Source: Desulfomonilia bacterium (GTDB lineage Bacteria; Desulfobacterota; Desulfomonilia; UBA1062). Taken from it: a stretch of DNA of 64,000 nucleotides. The position numbers and the translations under genes were made by a program. The DNA lies in assembly GCA_963664325.2 (NCBI GenBank), contig CAXXDQ010000004.1, positions 672,001 through 736,000 of the forward strand, in the 5' to 3' direction. This document shows, piece by piece, positions 37,611 through 49,225 of this stretch (the first letter of the stretch is position 1; each line of letters starts with the position of its first letter). The notes below the pieces were generated by a model that saw only the letters and a program-made list of their open reading frames with translations, had not been told where the DNA came from and made no database searches.

Positions 37611-39476
37611 ATGGAATCGATTATGAGAATGAGGAAAAAAAGAAATACGACAGGTCTGCTGACTGTTCTGGTTCTGGCTTTGGTATTTATGCTTTGCGGT
37701 TGTGGAAAAGGCGGTGGCGGCGGAAGCGATGTAGCTGCTGCACCTGAAAGCGATTCAGGAAATGGCGAGTTGTATATTGACCTGACGGATAATCAGGGAG
37801 AATTTTTTAACTACACTGTTGATGTTCTTTCGATAAGGCTTGAAAAGGCAAATGGTGCTGTTGTTGAAACCCTGCCGGCGGGTGAAACCACCAGGGTTGA
37901 TTTTGCCCAGTATACTGAGATGACCGAGTTTCTGACGGCATGTACAGTTCCTTCCGGGGTGTATGTAAAGGCAACGATGAGGCTTGATTATTCAAACGCC
38001 GATATAAGAGTGGAAGATGCTGAAGGTAATGCCGTACGGATTGCACCTGAAAACATTCTTGATGAGGACGGCCGGCAGATAACAGAACTGACGGTCTCAA
38101 TTGAGATTGAGGATCTGAATGCACTTTTAATAAGGCCTGGCATACCTGCCCATCTGGGCCTGGACTTTGACCTGAAGGTCTCAAACAGCCTTGCATGGGT
38201 AGGCGGCGTTCCTGTGATTACCGTAAACCCGGTTCTTCTTGCGGATATTGAACCTCATGCATGGAAGACAAACAGGATCAGGGGACCCCTGGATGATGTC
38301 CACGCTAAAGCCGGCTGGTTCGATATCATCATAAGGCCGTTTATGCATGCAATCAGAAAGGGTGACATAAGCAACCGGTTCGGGACGGCCAGAGTTTATA
38401 CCGATAAGAATACCCTTTATGTAATTGACGGGAAACAGTACCAGGGAGATGATGGCATAGAGCAGCTTGACGGGCTTACAAAATATTCTGCGGTTCTTGT
38501 TTTCGGTGATTTCATCAAGGAAACAGGCAGGATCAAGTTCAAGGCAAAAGAAGTCCTTGCAGGTTCATCAGTGGCCGGCGGTACACTTGATGTAGTTGCA
38601 GGGAATGTCATAAAAAGAAATAGTGACACGATAACGGTTAAGGGAGCAACCCTTATCAGAAAAGACGGGACTGTCCTGTTCCGAAATACCCTTGATGTGG
38701 ATCTTGAAGATGCATTGGTTGGAAAGCAGTATGTCAAAGGTCTGGTTGACAAAAGTGCGATTTCAATAGGCCAGAGGCTTGTCGTTTTCGGTACGCTGTC
38801 TGAAGAGGCGGATTTTATGACGGCAAAATATGCCCACATGTACCTGACGACAATAAACGGGACTGTCAGTGATGTGGCAAGCAGGCAGCTGGCCATGGAC
38901 CTTAATTCCATCGACGGCAGGGATATATCCATATTCGACTTTACGGGAACAGCCGCAAATCCCGATGCATATCTTGCAGGTACCGGTTTGTTGAGCCTTT
39001 CAGGCATATCGGAAGGTACACCTGTAAAGGCGATCGGGTTCCCTGTTCCTTTCGGATTTGCTGAAACCCCTCCGTATGATTTTACTGCATATTCTTTAAT
39101 CAATGTGGCGAAGGTAAGCGGCGTCATGGCTGTCGGATGGGGCGGTGAGGGAAGCACTTCCGCCGTCAGCGTGTCCGGGCCCGGGATAACGCTTGACCTG
39201 AGCGGCGCCGGCTATTTCCACCACCTGAACCGGGCGGGCGTTGTTACCGATCTTGAGGGACTTTCACCTGTTCTTGTCCCGAAAGAAGACAGCGGTATCT
39301 TCTGTATCAGCCAGGGTGAAAAGCTTGCGGTATTCTCAAGCTTCGAAACCTTTGAAGATGAACTGAGCAGCAGTATGACAGGCGGGGCAAAGGTGAGGCA
39401 CCTTGTTGCAACCGGTATATGGAATGATACGGATATGGTTTTGAGCGGAAGGTTTATTGCTGTAAGGTTAAAGTAA
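37611..39476 (+). CDS. DUF4382-type lipoprotein with repeated beta domains
   Basis: Lipobox LCGC, IDLTD motif, LDFDL..S, and repeated G.V.....I.V.G units. Confidence 0.75.
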   Translation: MESIMRMRKKRNTTGLLTVLVLALVFMLCGCGKGGGGGSDVAAAPESDSGNGELYIDLTDNQGEFFNYTVDVLSIRLEKANGAVVETLPAGETTRVDFAQYTEMTEFLTACTVPSGVYVKATMRLDYSNADIRVEDAEGNAVRIAPENILDEDGRQITELTVSIEIEDLNALLIRPGIPAHLGLDFDLKVSNSLAWVGGVPVITVNPVLLADIEPHAWKTNRIRGPLDDVHAKAGWFDIIIRPFMHAIRKGDISNRFGTARVYTDKNTLYVIDGKQYQGDDGIEQLDGLTKYSAVLVFGDFIKETGRIKFKAKEVLAGSSVAGGTLDVVAGNVIKRNSDTITVKGATLIRKDGTVLFRNTLDVDLEDALVGKQYVKGLVDKSAISIGQRLVVFGTLSEEADFMTAKYAHMYLTTINGTVSDVASRQLAMDLNSIDGRDISIFDFTGTAANPDAYLAGTGLLSLSGISEGTPVKAIGFPVPFGFAETPPYDFTAYSLINVAKVSGVMAVGWGGEGSTSAVSVSGPGITLDLSGAGYFHHLNRAGVVTDLEGLSPVLVPKEDSGIFCISQGEKLAVFSSFETFEDELSSSMTGGAKVRHLVATGIWNDTDMVLSGRFIAVRLK

Positions 39477-39505
39477 GAATGCTCAAAAACTGAAAATATA
39501 TAATA

Positions 39506-39544
39506 AAAGGAGCCGGCTGGTTAATCCCCAACGGCTCTTTTCTT
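39506..39544. terminator. rho-independent terminator (bidirectional)
   Basis: AAAGGAGCCG...CGGCTCTTTT between convergent genes. Confidence 0.7.
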
Positions 39545-39581
39545 AAAGTTTCATTTCGTATTTAAGCCCGGCCTTTATATA

Positions 39582-39983
39582 TTAAACTGGTTCCTTTTGA
39601 AAATATGCTTCTATCGATACAAATTCCTTTGGCCAGACATAACCGGATTCTCCTTTATTCAGAACGCCGATTCCATCTATTGCAGAATTATCAATCGGTC
39701 CGTAGACATGAGGGAATATCGGCGAACTTGATATGTGTGATGTTCCTGCACCTTTTTCTGGTTGTGCGGTTTCATATTTCGTTTGAGAATTCAACTTCAC
39801 CGGCTCGATTCGAAGAAGTAATATTTTCTCCTCGACATTTCCATAATAATCATTGGCGACGGGAATGACCGAGGATTCCAGCGAGCAATGTATGAAGCCG
39901 ACCTCCTGTAAATTTACCGGCTCATATTTTTTTCCGTCGCTGCAAGATCGGTATTCACTCTCTCTTACAATATGGTAAATCAA
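39582..39983 (-). CDS. DUF952 domain protein
   Basis: IYHI, GFIHCS and FPHVYGPI. TTG start at 39983 follows AAGGGG. Confidence 0.88.
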   Translation of the reverse strand: MIYHIVRESEYRSCSDGKKYEPVNLQEVGFIHCSLESSVIPVANDYYGNVEEKILLLRIEPVKLNSQTKYETAQPEKGAGTSHISSSPIFPHVYGPIDNSAIDGIGVLNKGESGYVWPKEFVSIEAYFQKEPV

Positions 39984-40243
39984 TTCGATTCCCCTTATGC
40001 GAATTATGCAGGACCGGCGTTTGTTCCGCTTCTGCATCATAATACTAAACAATCAATTCGGCATTATTGCAATACCGTTTATCATCTTCAAGTACCCGAC
40101 TCAATAATTTAGATTTAAAGATGTGCATTATTATTGTTCAGGTTGTTATAATCAGGCAATCTATAGGCACATGCTAATCACCTGTTAGCAATTTTAAAAA
40201 TATAAAAAGATGACGCAGGTCATAAAACAAAACATGTCAGGGA

Positions 40244-40287
40244 GCGTTAATTTTCATAGAGCGAAAATTAACGCATCTGAGATGCGT
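40244..40287. repeat. overlapping palindromes in intergenic DNA
   Basis: GCGTTAATTTTC-N7-GAAAATTAACGC and overlapping ACGCATC-TGA-GATGCGT. Confidence 0.7.
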
Positions 40288-40348
40288 CTATGAGAAGAGG
40301 GCAGTGAATGGCCCGAATCAATGGGATGCAAAGTTTTTAGCCCTGTTA

Positions 40349-42202
40349 CTAGAAGCTCTCTTCCGCTATTTCCAGTATGGACATGTCCTCGCTCCTGATT
40401 GCTTTAACAACAGAATCTATCTCGGGGAGCACGTTCCTGATAAAATATTTTGCTGCTGAAATCTTGCCTGAATAGAATGCCGCATCTTTGGAATCTTTTA
40501 AGAGAGCTGCAACCTTGCCTGCATCCCCCATGTCGATACCCCTGGCGGTGCAAAGCCCTGCAAGCTTTTCCTTAGCGATGCCTGCTTGCCAGAGCAGCAG
40601 CCATGCCATTACCACCCTTCCCATCATCATAAGGAAAGGATAGGCATTGTTTACAGGAACAAGATACTTGCCTTCCTTGGCGCATTTGTAGAAAAACATC
40701 CCAGTCTCCGCAATTGCATTGATGCCCGCCTGAACATCCTGCGCAAGTTCAGGCAGTTCGGTCGAATATCTTTGTACGCATGAACTCATTTCGCCCAGCA
40801 TGCCGGTAAAGTACGTGCCCTTTTTCATGCCCATTTTACGGCCGACCAGGTCAAGCGCCTGTATGCCGTTTGCCCCTTCAAAGATTGATGCTATCTTTTC
40901 ATCGCGCATGAACTGCTCGATGGGATATTCAGAGCAGAAGCCGTATCCGCCGTAAATCTGCATTGCGTTCTCAATGACCTTGAATCCCATGTCAGAGCAG
41001 TATGCCTTCAGAATGGGGGTTAATATTTCGGCATAGCCGATCCATTTTTCACTCTCTGCCTCATCCTTTGAAACAAGGAACCTGTCGAAACTGTTGGCTA
41101 CAAAATAAGCCATGGCGCGCATGCCCTCCACATGAGCCTTCATCCACAGAAGCATCCTTCTTATGTCGGGGTGGTTGATGATGGAAATCCTCGGGGCATC
41201 CGGATTCTTAAACTCCAGCAGCGACGAACCCTGCAGCCTTTCCTTTGCATACCTCACCGCATGCTGATAGGCGATGGAAGCGCTTGACAGGCCTTGGAGC
41301 CCGACGCCGAGCCTTGCCTCGTTCATGAGTTGGAACATCACCTTCATACCCTCGCGTTCGTTTCCCATCAGTTCAGCATAGCAGTTGCCGTTGTCGCCGA
41401 AATTTATAAGGCATGTCGCGCTGCCGTGAATGCCCATCTTCTCTTCAATTTTTGCGATCTCGAAGTCATTGCGCCGGCCAAGCGAGCCGTCGTCATTTAC
41501 GAGATACTTTGGGACGAGAAATATCGAAATTCCCTTTGTCCCTGCCGGGTCGCCTTCTATTCTGGCCAGCACCGGGTGTACAATGTTCGATACGAGATCA
41601 TGGTCGCCGGAGGTGATGAAAATCTTGGTCCCCTGGATTTTAAATGTACCGTCCGGCTGCCGGATTGCTTTTGTGCTCAGGTTCCCGACATCGGTCCCGG
41701 CGCCGGGTTCGGTAAGGCACATTGTTCCGCCCCATTCGCCTGAAATCATTTTGGGCATGTATTTGTGCTTTTGGGCCTCGGTTCCGAAAACTCCGATAAG
41801 ATGCGCGGCACCTTCACCGAGTCCCGGATATGAAATAAATGAAAAGTTATGGGTGAACCATTCATGCGCAGCAATCCTTATGGATACGGGAAGCCCCTGA
41901 CCGCCTTCATGGGGAGGGAAGCACATTGAACCCCATCCGGCGTCACAATATAGTTTGTAGACACGGTGGAAGCATTTCGGAACCTTTACATTTCCGTTTT
42001 CAAGCCTGCAGCCTTCCTTGTCTGATTCTGCAAGCGTTGGAAAGACCTCTTCAGTGGCAAACTTCTGGGCCTCGTTGATGATCATTTCAAACATGTCCTT
42101 TGAAAAATCGGCGTACAACGGGGCCTCGCAGAGCCTGTCAATGCCTAACATTTCAAAAAGAAGAAACTGTTGATCTCTTTCATCAAGGATAAGACTGGCC
42201 AT
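40349..42202 (-). CDS. acyl-CoA dehydrogenase (long ~600 aa type)
   Basis: TMCLTEPGAGTD, GTKIFIT, EEKMGIHGS, MNEARL, YGGYGF and IFEGANGIQALDL. Confidence 0.95.
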   Translation of the reverse strand: MASLILDERDQQFLLFEMLGIDRLCEAPLYADFSKDMFEMIINEAQKFATEEVFPTLAESDKEGCRLENGNVKVPKCFHRVYKLYCDAGWGSMCFPPHEGGQGLPVSIRIAAHEWFTHNFSFISYPGLGEGAAHLIGVFGTEAQKHKYMPKMISGEWGGTMCLTEPGAGTDVGNLSTKAIRQPDGTFKIQGTKIFITSGDHDLVSNIVHPVLARIEGDPAGTKGISIFLVPKYLVNDDGSLGRRNDFEIAKIEEKMGIHGSATCLINFGDNGNCYAELMGNEREGMKVMFQLMNEARLGVGLQGLSSASIAYQHAVRYAKERLQGSSLLEFKNPDAPRISIINHPDIRRMLLWMKAHVEGMRAMAYFVANSFDRFLVSKDEAESEKWIGYAEILTPILKAYCSDMGFKVIENAMQIYGGYGFCSEYPIEQFMRDEKIASIFEGANGIQALDLVGRKMGMKKGTYFTGMLGEMSSCVQRYSTELPELAQDVQAGINAIAETGMFFYKCAKEGKYLVPVNNAYPFLMMMGRVVMAWLLLWQAGIAKEKLAGLCTARGIDMGDAGKVAALLKDSKDAAFYSGKISAAKYFIRNVLPEIDSVVKAIRSEDMSILEIAEESF

Positions 42203-42384
42203 ATGGACTCCTCCTGTAAGATTTTGGATTTTGTGAAGTGCGGATTTTCTTGTGGCTTGTTATTAAAGACCCCCGGCCCCGCTGATGCGGGGCCATGCAC
42301 TCCATAACATGCTCATAGTAAGACAATAAGACATAACGCAAAAGTTGTGTCAATAGAAAGGATGATGTTTTACGTCCCCCTTGA

Positions 42385-44043
<1,659 letters not shown>

Positions 44044-44046
44044 TAA

Positions 44047-44859
44047 ATGAGAACCGTGAACATCAGGGATATCGTGATCGGCGGGGGCGAACTTGTTTTA
44101 ATCGCCGGTCCTTGTATCATCGAGTCCGTTTCGCATGCCGGCCTGATGGCCGGAGCTCTTAAAGAGATAACGGCTGCCGCTGGGATACCTTTCATATTCA
44201 AGGCGTCCTTTGACAAAGCCAACCGCTCATCGATAAAAGCTTTTCGAGGCCCCGGTCTTATCGAGGGATTGAAAATTCTTTCAGGGATAAGAGAAAAGTT
44301 CGATGTCCCTGTGACTTCTGATATCCATGAGGCCTCTCAGGCCGAGCCTGCGGCGGGCGTGCTTGATATCATTCAGATACCTGCATTTTTGTGCCGGCAG
44401 ACCGACCTGCTTGTCGCAGCAGGGAAAACAGGAAAACCGGTTAATGTTAAAAAAGGGCAGTTCCTTGCACCCTGGGATATGTCAAATGTGGTTTCCAAAA
44501 TTGAAAGCAGCGGCAACAAAAAAATTATGCTTACGGAACGCGGAGCATCATTCGGATACAATAACCTTGTCTGCGATCTGCGTTCTCTGGGTTTCATGCG
44601 CTCGCTTGGTTATCCTGTTGTACTTGACGTAACGCACAGCCTGCAATTGCCGGGCGGCATGGGTGCTTCATCCGGCGGAAACCGTGAATTCATAGCGCCG
44701 CTTGCCAGGGCAGGCGTTGCATTCGGCGTAGATGCCTTGTTTATGGAAGTTCACAATAACCCTGAGATGGCACTGAGCGATGGTGCCAACTCTTTCAGGC
44801 TTGATGAACTTGAAGGACTTTTAAGGCAGATCAGGGAAATAGGCAGGATTGTAAGATGA
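44047..44859 (+). CDS. kdsA: KDO8P synthase
   Basis: AGPC, KASFDKANRSS, QIPAFLCRQTD, KKGQF and ERG. Confidence 0.97.
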   Translation: MRTVNIRDIVIGGGELVLIAGPCIIESVSHAGLMAGALKEITAAAGIPFIFKASFDKANRSSIKAFRGPGLIEGLKILSGIREKFDVPVTSDIHEASQAEPAAGVLDIIQIPAFLCRQTDLLVAAGKTGKPVNVKKGQFLAPWDMSNVVSKIESSGNKKIMLTERGASFGYNNLVCDLRSLGFMRSLGYPVVLDVTHSLQLPGGMGASSGGNREFIAPLARAGVAFGVDALFMEVHNNPEMALSDGANSFRLDELEGLLRQIREIGRIVR

Positions 44860-45359
44860 ATAAGATTAAAATCCTCGTTCTTGATGTCGACGGTGTCCTT
44901 ACCGACGGCAGCATATATGTAAGCGATCATGGAGATGAAATGAAGGCATTTAACAGCAGGGACGGACACGGCATAAAACTCCTGCAGCGGGCCGGCATTG
45001 AAACTGCAATCATAACCGGACGAGTATCCGGGGCTCTCAAGCACAGGGCGGAAGAACTGGGCATCAGGCACGTGTACCAGAATGCAAAGGATAAAAAGGA
45101 TACGATCTTGAAGCTTTCTTCGGAATTGGGTGTTGAAACGAAGGAAATGGCATATATGGGAGATGATGTGGTCGATATCCCTGCAATGATCCTTTGCGCA
45201 ATGTCTTTTGCCCCTAGTGATGCAATGGATACCGTTAAAGAAAGGGCGGATTTTGTAACAGAACTTTCCGGAGGAAAAGGTGCTGTACGCGAGGCGATTG
45301 AAGTCATCCTGAAAAAAGAAGGGCTCTATGACGAGGTGATGAAACGCTATGTGGCGTAA
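44856..45359 (+). CDS. kdsC: KDO8P phosphatase
   Basis: LDVDGVLTDG, DG.GI, MGDD and GG.GAVRE. Confidence 0.96.
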   Translation: MNKIKILVLDVDGVLTDGSIYVSDHGDEMKAFNSRDGHGIKLLQRAGIETAIITGRVSGALKHRAEELGIRHVYQNAKDKKDTILKLSSELGVETKEMAYMGDDVVDIPAMILCAMSFAPSDAMDTVKERADFVTELSGGKGAVREAIEVILKKEGLYDEVMKRYVA

Positions 45360-45888
45360 GGTGCTGGGCGGAATTTTGCTGATCATAATAATTGTTGCTG
45401 CGGTTTTAATATTCAGCAATTCACACAATAGCATGAAAACCCCCGTAAAACCTATGGAAGCCGACCGTGTAGCCAGGAACATAACGCTTTACGAGCTCAA
45501 TACCGACGGCAACAAAACAACAATTCTGCATGCGAAAAAGGGTCTTCTCAAAGAGGATCAGGTTCTAGATCTATACGATATTACCCTCAACCAGGAGGAC
45601 AAATTCATCATCACAGGGCCGGAAGCCAGATACAACATGGAAAAGTCAAACCTCGATGTAAAAGGAGACATACTGCTTACGGCAAAGGATGGGAGCCGTG
45701 CTTTTTTTAAAGACCTGACCTGGGAAAAATCGTCAAACCTTCTGCATACGGATAACCCGGTCAGGCTGGAGAAAGAGGGCGGGTGGCTTACAGGGCGGAA
45801 AATGGAAATGAACGATGACCTTTCAAGAATAAGTTTTTCAGGTGGTGTGCATGCGCAGATCAATCGTAATTTTGATATTGGCAGTTAG
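45349..45888 (+). CDS. lptC: LPS export protein LptC
   Basis: N-terminal TM, beta-jellyroll pattern, and synteny. Confidence 0.85.
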   Translation: MWRKVLGGILLIIIIVAAVLIFSNSHNSMKTPVKPMEADRVARNITLYELNTDGNKTTILHAKKGLLKEDQVLDLYDITLNQEDKFIITGPEARYNMEKSNLDVKGDILLTAKDGSRAFFKDLTWEKSSNLLHTDNPVRLEKEGGWLTGRKMEMNDDLSRISFSGGVHAQINRNFDIGS

Positions 45889-46444
45889 CTTGAGTCTTCC
45901 ATCTGCGGTCTTTTCCGCGGGGGGGCAAAAAGCACCGGCGTCAAAAACGGAAAAACCAAAAGTAACTTCACAGGTTGCAGCTGTTAAGGATAAAGCGACT
46001 CCGGCCGATATGTTTGACATAGAGGCGGACAAACTTGATGTATACAAGGCTAAAGGAGAGGCGTTTTTCCAGGGGAATGTCATAGCGACCAAGCCGGACA
46101 TGACTATTAAGAGCAAGACTATGAGGATATTTTACAACAACGCCACCAAACAATTAAAACAGATGATTGCAGAAGGCAATGTCTCGATAAAGATGAAAGA
46201 CCCTGAAAAGGGTCCGGACAGGGATGCTACATGCAAAAAGGCAATCTATGAGTATGAGGACAAAAAGATATTCCTGATAGGCGATGTGGTGATCATACAG
46301 GGACAAAACAGGCTTTCTGGCCAGAAGGTTACATTAGATATCGAAGGTGACAGACAGCAAGTTGAGAGTGCTCCGGGTACGAGAGTGAAAATAAAAGGAA
46401 CACTAGACAAAAACAGCTCAACAGGGGCTGCGGTTCCATGGTAG
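45851..46444 (+). CDS. lptA: LPS transport periplasmic protein LptA
   Basis: Signal peptide, IEADKL, FQGNV, AEGNV and G..V...QG.N. Confidence 0.88.
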   Translation: MRRSIVILILAVSLSLPSAVFSAGGQKAPASKTEKPKVTSQVAAVKDKATPADMFDIEADKLDVYKAKGEAFFQGNVIATKPDMTIKSKTMRIFYNNATKQLKQMIAEGNVSIKMKDPEKGPDRDATCKKAIYEYEDKKIFLIGDVVIIQGQNRLSGQKVTLDIEGDRQQVESAPGTRVKIKGTLDKNSSTGAAVPW

Positions 46445-47169
46445 AAGTTATATTACGGGCCGAGGCCCTTCAAAAGAGTTTCGGCAAGGCTCATATTATA
46501 AAAGGGCTTGGCATAAGCTGCTCTACAGGTGAAATAATCGGCCTTCTTGGTCCCAACGGAGCAGGAAAGACCACTACATTCTATATGATAGTCGGTCTTA
46601 TCAGGCCCGATAAAGGCGTTGTGTTTCTTGGAGATGAGGATATAACAACCATTGATCTCTCGGGCCGGGCCAGAAAAGGTATAGGCTATCTTCCCCAGGA
46701 GGCATCCATATTCCGTGGTCTTACCGTTGAACAGAACATCTCCGTTCCTCTCGAAGCGAGAGGATTGAAAAGGCAGGATTTATCTGTTGAACTTGATGAT
46801 ATCATATCGATGTTCGGCCTTGACAGGGTGCGAAAACAAAAAGGATTGTCACTCTCGGGAGGTGAGCGCAGGCGTGTTGAAATTGCCCGTTCAATGGCAT
46901 TAAAGCCGAGATTTCTTCTGCTTGACGAGCCTTTTGCGGGCATCGATCCGATAACGGTAAAGGATATACAGGATATGATCCTCACCCTGAAAAACAAAGG
47001 GATAGGCATCATTATAACGGACCATAATGTCCGTGAAACGCTGAAAATATGCGATCGGGCATATATAATCCACCAGGGATTAGTCATAGAGGAAGGCCTG
47101 CCCGATGATGTTATTAAAAACGAACAGGTCAAGAAGTTTTATGTAGGAGATGATTTCTCTTTGAGCTAG
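46438..47169 (+). CDS. lptB: LPS export ABC ATPase
   Basis: GPNGAGKTT, YLPQE, LSGGERRR, LLDEPFAGIDP and TDHNVRETL. Confidence 0.97.
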   Translation: MVEVILRAEALQKSFGKAHIIKGLGISCSTGEIIGLLGPNGAGKTTTFYMIVGLIRPDKGVVFLGDEDITTIDLSGRARKGIGYLPQEASIFRGLTVEQNISVPLEARGLKRQDLSVELDDIISMFGLDRVRKQKGLSLSGGERRRVEIARSMALKPRFLLLDEPFAGIDPITVKDIQDMILTLKNKGIGIIITDHNVRETLKICDRAYIIHQGLVIEEGLPDDVIKNEQVKKFYVGDDFSLS

Positions 47170-47188
47170 AAAAAGAATAGGGAAATAA

Positions 47189-48563
47189 ATGGCACTGGAA
47201 ATAAGACAGCATCTTAAACTGGCACAGCAGCTTATAATGACGCCGCAGCTCCAGCAGGCGATAAAACTGCTCCAGTTTTCACGGCTCGAACTTCAGGAGT
47301 TTATTGATCAGGAGCTCGAGTCCAATCCGATGCTCGATATCGAGCAGACACCGAAAGAAAAGCTTGATAAACCTGAAGAACCTGATTTCTTTAAGCGTAA
47401 ATGGGATGCTTATCTCGAAACCTACGGACAGGATAACGTCCCTTATTCCGAGGATGAAGACAGGCCTTCGTTCGAGGCTACGACAAGCAGACAGGAAGGT
47501 TTGACGGAATATCTCTTATGGCAGTTGAGAATGAACGACATATGCGAGGAGCACTGTTCTACGGGTATATTTATTATCGGGAACCTTGATAACAACGGAT
47601 ACCTGGCGGTTGATATACCCCAGATATGCGAAGCTACAGGCACTACACCCGAAAAGGCGGAAGAGGTTCTGAAAATCATACAGCAGTTCGACCCACCGGG
47701 AATCGGAGCCCGAGACCTAAAGGAATGCCTTCTGATACAGGCAAAAATACTTGGCTTGGAGGGCTCGCTTGTAGAGCAGATAATTGTGTCGCATCTGGAT
47801 GCCCTCCAGACCAAGAACTATGCCAGGATAGCGCAAGAGCTTAATGTAGGGGTTAATGACGTTGCAAACGCCGCTAAGATAATAACCAATATGGAGCCTC
47901 GGCCTGCAAGGGACTATTCGGATGAACCTCCTCAGTACGTGGTTCCGGATGTCTATGTCGTGAAGGTTGAGGACGGTTATGCGGTTATTCTTAACGAGGA
48001 AGATATACCTATGCTGGCAATCAACAGGCAGTATTATGAAATGATGTCGTCGAATGAAACAAACAAGGCGGCAAAGGAATATCTCTCGGAAGGGATGAAA
48101 GCTGCACAGTGGCTCATCAAAAGCGTTCAGCAGAGACAAAATACGTTGTGCAAGGTAACCGAGAGCATCATGAGCTTTCAGAAGGAGTTTCTTGACAAGG
48201 GCATTACCTATTTAAAACCTCTCATTCTAAGGGATGTCGCGGATGACGTGGGGATGCATGAATCTACAATATCGCGAGTTACATCGAATAAATACGTACA
48301 TACGCCGCAGGGTACATTTGAACTCAAATATTTCTTCGGCAGCGGCATATCAAAATCGGACGGGAGCTTTGTAGCATCCCAGAGCATCAAGAACGATATT
48401 GAAAAATATCATCAAAAACGAAAATGCAAAGCATCCGCTGTCAGATCAGGTTATAGCAAAAATGCTTAAAGGAAAGGGGGTGGAGATTGCCAGGCGCACT
48501 GTCGCCAAATACCGGGAGATTTTAGGGATACTGCCTTCAAACAGAAGGAAAAAATACTATTAA
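47189..48563 (+). CDS. rpoN: RNA polymerase sigma-54 factor; frameshifted (extra A at 48402-48406) as sequenced
   Basis: MTPQLQQAIKLLQ and HESTISR. The C-terminal PLSDQ...ARRTVAKYR (RpoN box) continues in the +1 frame to TAA 48561-48563. Confidence 0.93.
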
Positions 48564-48578
48564 ACCTTAGGAGGGTAT

Positions 48579-49098
48579 ATGCACATTGATATCACCTTCA
48601 AGAACATTGATCCGTCGGACGCGCTAAAGGATTATGCAAAAAAAAGACTGACTAAAATCGGAAAATTCATAGACCGGCCAGCAGAGGCACATGTGATTCT
48701 GTCTGTTGAGAAAATCAGGCACAAAGCTGAAGTTACGCTCAATGCCGACGGGGTGATAATTAATGCAATAGAAATAACAGAAGATATGTACTCAGCAATA
48801 GACATAGTAATGGAGAAGCTTGAAAGACAGGTCAAGAAGCACAAGGAAAAAGCTCCAGGTCAGAAAGCCCGTGGCAAAAAATCTGGAAGAGGAAGTCCAG
48901 GCAAAACCGGGAAAGAAGCTCAAGGTAGTAAAGGAAAAAGACTATTTCGTCAAACCCATGAGTGTTGAGGAAGCAATCCTGCAGCTTGATGTGGGAGAGC
49001 AGGATTTCATAATATTCCACAATACGAATTCAAAACAGATCAACCTTATCTATAAGAGAAAGGACGGTTCTCTAGGTGTAGTTGAACCGCAGATTTAA
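48579..49098 (+). CDS. hpf: long ribosome hibernation promoting factor; frameshifted (extra A at 48847-48851) as sequenced
   Basis: N-domain DMYSAID...KLERQ. The C-domain KPMSVEEAILQL...IYKRKDG is in the +1 frame. Confidence 0.9.
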
Positions 49099-49107
49099 GG
49101 GTTTATC

Positions 49108-49147
49108 ACAGCCTGCCGTTAACAAGTTCGTATGGCAGGCTGTTTTT
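49108..49147 (+). terminator. rho-independent terminator
   Basis: ACAGCCTGCC...GGCAGGCTGT followed by TTTT. Confidence 0.8.
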
Positions 49148-49225
49148 GTCAATGTGCACAAATCGCAGGTCAGGATAGCTGACTGTTATGATCATAATCT
49201 TCAATCCCCATGACGCCATGATGAA

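Noticed and set aside
48396-48860. Programmed ribosomal frameshifting in rpoN/hpf
   Set aside because: No full X_XXY_YYZ slippery heptamer, no obvious stimulatory structure, and no precedent I know of; a homopolymer error is more parsimonious.
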